Below, piece by piece: positions 61,611 through 64,000 of a stretch of 64,000 nt of DNA. The stretch is from an uncultured Alphaproteobacteria bacterium (GTDB taxonomy: Bacteria; Pseudomonadota; Alphaproteobacteria; SP197), in assembly GCA_943787175.1 (NCBI GenBank), contig CALSLK010000021.1:9482-73481 (forward strand). The letters are read 5' to 3'. Numbering within the stretch: the first letter of the stretch is position 1; every line of letters starts with the position of its first letter. The position numbers were made by a program, and so were the translations under genes. Below the pieces are notes generated by a model, which saw only the letters and a program-made list of their open reading frames with translations, was not told the origin of the DNA and did no database searches.

Positions 61611-62813
61611 TCAAACCCGCTCGATCAGCGCCGAAATCCCCTGCCCCACGCCAATGCACATCGTACAGATCGCGCGTTTGCCATCCCTGCGATTCAGTTC
61701 ATGGATTGCCGTCATGGCCAGCCGCGCGCCCGATGCACCCAGAGGGTGACCAAACGCAATGGCCCCGCCGTTGGGATTGACGTGTTCGGCATCGTCTGGA
61801 AGCCCGAGGTCGCGGGTCACGGCAAGCGCTTGGGCCGCAAAGGCTTCGTTGAGTTCAATCACATCGATCCCGCCCAGTTCCAACCCCTTGCGCTCCAAAA
61901 GCTTGCGCGTTGAGGGTGCCGGGCCAATGCCCATGATGCGTGGCGGAACACCAGCCGTTGCCCCGCCCGTTACACGTGCCAGAGGTGTGAGGCCATGGGC
62001 TTTCATGGCCGCTTCCGAAGCGATCAGGAGCGCGCCCGCACCATCGTTCACACCAGACGCATTGCCCGCCGTCACGCTGCCGCCTTCGCGGAACGGTGCT
62101 TTCAGAGCTGCGAGCTTCTCAGGGGTCGTGGCGCGGGGGTGTTCATCGCGCTCGACGACAATGGCATCGCCCCGTCGTTGGGGAATGGTCACCGGGATCA
62201 ATTCTGCATCGAGCTTGCCTGCTTCCATCGCAGCAGCAGCCCTCTGCTGACTGCGGAAAGCAAAAGCATCCTGATCCTCACGGCTGATCTGGCGCTCCGC
62301 TGCCAGGTTTTCTGCCGTCTCGGGCATCTGATCAACGCCGTACAGTTCCTTCATCGCAGGATTGATGAAGCGCCAGCCAATCGTCGTGTCATGGATCTCC
62401 GCATTGCGGGAAAACGCAGACGTGGCCTTGGGCATGACAAAGGGCGAGCGAGACATGCTTTCCACACCGCCAGCGATGACCAGATCGGCCTCGTCCGTTC
62501 GGATCAGCCGTGACGCCTGCAGGATCGCCTCGAGGCCGGATCCACACAGTCGGTTTACCGTGACGCCGGAGACCGCAACGGGAAGGCCCGCCAACAGGCT
62601 CGCCATGCGCGCAACGTTTCGGTTGTCTTCACCGGCCTGATTGACGTTGCCATAGATCACATCATCAACAGCGCCCCAGTCAACGCCGCCATTGCGGTCC
62701 ATCAGGGCAACAAGCGGCAACGCGGCAAGGTCATCAGTGCGGACCGAAGACAAGGCCCCACCAAACCGACCGAACGGCGTTCTGACGGCATCACAGATAA
62801 AGGCTTCGCGCAT
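61611..62813 (-). CDS. acetyl-CoA C-acyltransferase / 3-oxoadipyl-CoA thiolase (PcaF/PaaJ-like)
   Basis: 400 aa thiolase; MREAFICDAVRTPFGRFGG N-terminus; active-site NRLCGSG; C-terminal NPNGGAIAFGHPLGASG and CIGVGQG. Confidence 0.85.
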   Translation of the reverse strand: MREAFICDAVRTPFGRFGGALSSVRTDDLAALPLVALMDRNGGVDWGAVDDVIYGNVNQAGEDNRNVARMASLLAGLPVAVSGVTVNRLCGSGLEAILQASRLIRTDEADLVIAGGVESMSRSPFVMPKATSAFSRNAEIHDTTIGWRFINPAMKELYGVDQMPETAENLAAERQISREDQDAFAFRSQQRAAAAMEAGKLDAELIPVTIPQRRGDAIVVERDEHPRATTPEKLAALKAPFREGGSVTAGNASGVNDGAGALLIASEAAMKAHGLTPLARVTGGATAGVPPRIMGIGPAPSTRKLLERKGLELGGIDVIELNEAFAAQALAVTRDLGLPDDAEHVNPNGGAIAFGHPLGASGARLAMTAIHELNRRDGKRAICTMCIGVGQGISALIERV

Positions 62814-62884
62814 GAGGTGCTCCAGCTTGGGATTTGATGCTAGTTATCGACCAACACTGCAACGCAGACAAGAAAGGGAACACC

Positions 62885-63640
62885 ATGACGGATCGCACGG
62901 TGCTGGTGACAGGTGGGGCTCAGGGGATCGGGCGCGCTACCGTGGCAGCCTGCCTAGACAAGGGCTGGAACGCAGTTGCAATGGATGTGGATGCCGAAGC
63001 CCTGAATGCGCTTGACCAGGAACTCGACCACCATGGTCGGCTACTCTGCATCGAAGGGCCCAACCACGATGAACCTGGCGTGCGCGATGCCGTTACAAGA
63101 TCGGTCGAGACCTTTGGCGGCCTTACGGGCCTGGTTAACAACGCCGGGTTCAGCCGCAACATGCCTCTCGAAGAACTCTCCCTTGAGGATTGGAGCGCGG
63201 TCATCGCGACCAACCTGACCGGAGGCTTCCTGTGCGCAAAACACGCCGCACCGCATCTGCGCAAGGCCAAGGGGGCTATCGTCAACCTGGCTTCAACGCG
63301 TGCCTTTATGTCCGAAGCCGATACAGAGGCTTACTCTGCTTCTAAGGGCGGCGTCTTCGGCCTCACCCACGCGCTTGCCGCCAGCCTGGCTCCCGATGTG
63401 CGCGTCAACGCCATCAGCCCCGGCTGGATCGCAACCCAGGCATGGCAGAAACCAGCCACGCGGCAAGAGCCTGAACTATCCCCGGAAGATCACGGCCAGC
63501 ATTGGTCAGGCCGCGTCGGCGCACCGCCTGACGTTGCATCCATGGCCGTTTATCTGTTGTCGGATGAGGCTGGTTTCATCACCGGCGCCAACATGGTGAT
63601 TGACGGCGGCATGACCCGAAAGATGATCTACACCCACTAG
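62885..63640 (+). CDS. SDR family oxidoreductase
   Basis: VTGGAQGIG Rossmann motif; catalytic YSASK; NAISPGWI. Confidence 0.8.
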   Translation: MTDRTVLVTGGAQGIGRATVAACLDKGWNAVAMDVDAEALNALDQELDHHGRLLCIEGPNHDEPGVRDAVTRSVETFGGLTGLVNNAGFSRNMPLEELSLEDWSAVIATNLTGGFLCAKHAAPHLRKAKGAIVNLASTRAFMSEADTEAYSASKGGVFGLTHALAASLAPDVRVNAISPGWIATQAWQKPATRQEPELSPEDHGQHWSGRVGAPPDVASMAVYLLSDEAGFITGANMVIDGGMTRKMIYTH

Positions 63641-63643
63641 ATG

Positions 63644-63832
63644 CTATTCAGACCGCGACAGGCACGATCGTGCGCGTGGCGAATAGGTCGTTGTGGTTGC
63701 CGTATCAAAAGCGCAGCGGTTTTCCCGATAGACCTCGCGACCTTCGGCAGAAAACGCATTGACCGAAGGAAGCGGCTGGCAGGCGCCCAGGGTCAGCGCG
63801 GCTAACGTGAGAATCGAGAGTTTAGCGAACAT
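63644..63832 (-). CDS. putative small lipoprotein
   Basis: 62 aa from MFAKLSILTLAALTLGAC (lipobox). Weak call in a GC-rich region. Confidence 0.25.
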   Translation of the reverse strand: MFAKLSILTLAALTLGACQPLPSVNAFSAEGREVYRENRCAFDTATTTTYSPRARSCLSRSE

Positions 63833-64000
63833 AGGATGCACCGTTGATGTCGATGGTTGTGCCCGTGGCGTGGCGGGCCAACCCGCTGGCAAGGAATGCG
63901 ATGGTATTGCCGACATCGCTGGCCGGCGCAATCTCTCCGAGCGGAATGTCAGCTGCCATCTCGTCCAGACCATCCTGAGCAATGATTCGATCAACCATCT
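63823..64000 (-). CDS. SDR family oxidoreductase, C-terminal fragment (5' end beyond the window)
   Basis: Minus-strand translation ...MVDRIIAQDGLDEMAADIPLGEIAPASDVGNTIAFLASGLARHATGTTIDINGASYVR* is a typical SDR C-terminus. Confidence 0.6.

Noticed and set aside
1-64000. CRISPR arrays, transposases/IS elements, phage genes, rRNA genes
   Set aside because: Scanned by eye. No regularly spaced direct repeats, no transposase or integrase-like ORFs, no rRNA-like stretches.

Overview
High-GC (about 60-65% by eye) chromosomal segment with alphaproteobacterial gene content and synteny. No transposases, integrases, phage genes, CRISPR arrays or rRNA genes were seen.

Conserved housekeeping blocks:
- tRNA-Leu, malonyl-CoA decarboxylase, nnr, photolyase, a Crp/Fnr regulator.
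- tRNA-Pro, MerR, ihfA, fabH, plsX, rpmF, yceD, a ubiquinol-cytochrome c chaperone-like gene, divergent bamE.
- hppA; then thiL, nusB, ribH, VOC, ribE, ribD, nrdR, glyA, rpiB, with mucR/ros divergent.
- A HAAT-type branched-chain amino acid ABC transporter, a homocysteine methyltransferase, a PotD-like substrate-binding protein, a TauD-like dioxygenase.
- tRNA-Arg, an NDUFS4-like protein and a second tRNA-Pro.

Accessory content, a long co-directional plus-strand array (31.9-50.0 kb):
- An atypically organised Mrp-type multisubunit cation/proton antiporter cluster. Gene order is E-F-G-DUF4040-B-C-D-D'-small ORF-A(core), with MrpA split and MrpD duplicated.
- This is followed directly by coxG-coxS-coxM homologues (SRPBCC protein, 2Fe-2S subunit, FAD subunit) with no molybdopterin large subunit anywhere in the window.
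- Then an intact ydbH-ynbE-ydbL envelope operon.
- Then the CODH-type maturation genes: coxD (MoxR), coxE (VWA), two XdhC-family ORFs and a molybdopterin-binding/MobA-like fusion.
- After that, threonine dehydratase and a GATase1 gene.

The 52-58.4 kb stretch has many frame disruptions in otherwise recognisable genes: a GbcA-like Rieske oxygenase, a GcvA-like LysR regulator, an ADP-forming acyl-CoA synthetase, rsmI and a Tgt-like gene. Single frameshifts also occur in the malonyl-CoA decarboxylase gene, ribD and the MocA-like gene. The four breakpoints located in malonyl-CoA decarboxylase, ribD, LysR and Tgt-like fall in short homopolymer runs, so these look more like assembly or sequencing indels than genuine pseudogenes, but that needs reads to settle.

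The most interesting locus is a tightly packed rsmI / Tgt-like / rmt-like operon:
- The Tgt-like gene is a queuine tRNA-ribosyltransferase homologue that lacks the CxCxxC zinc motif. That region is replaced by an AT-rich segment.
- The rmt-like gene is an intact homologue of the RmtB/ArmA (FmrO) family of 16S rRNA m7G1405 methyltransferases, which confer aminoglycoside resistance.
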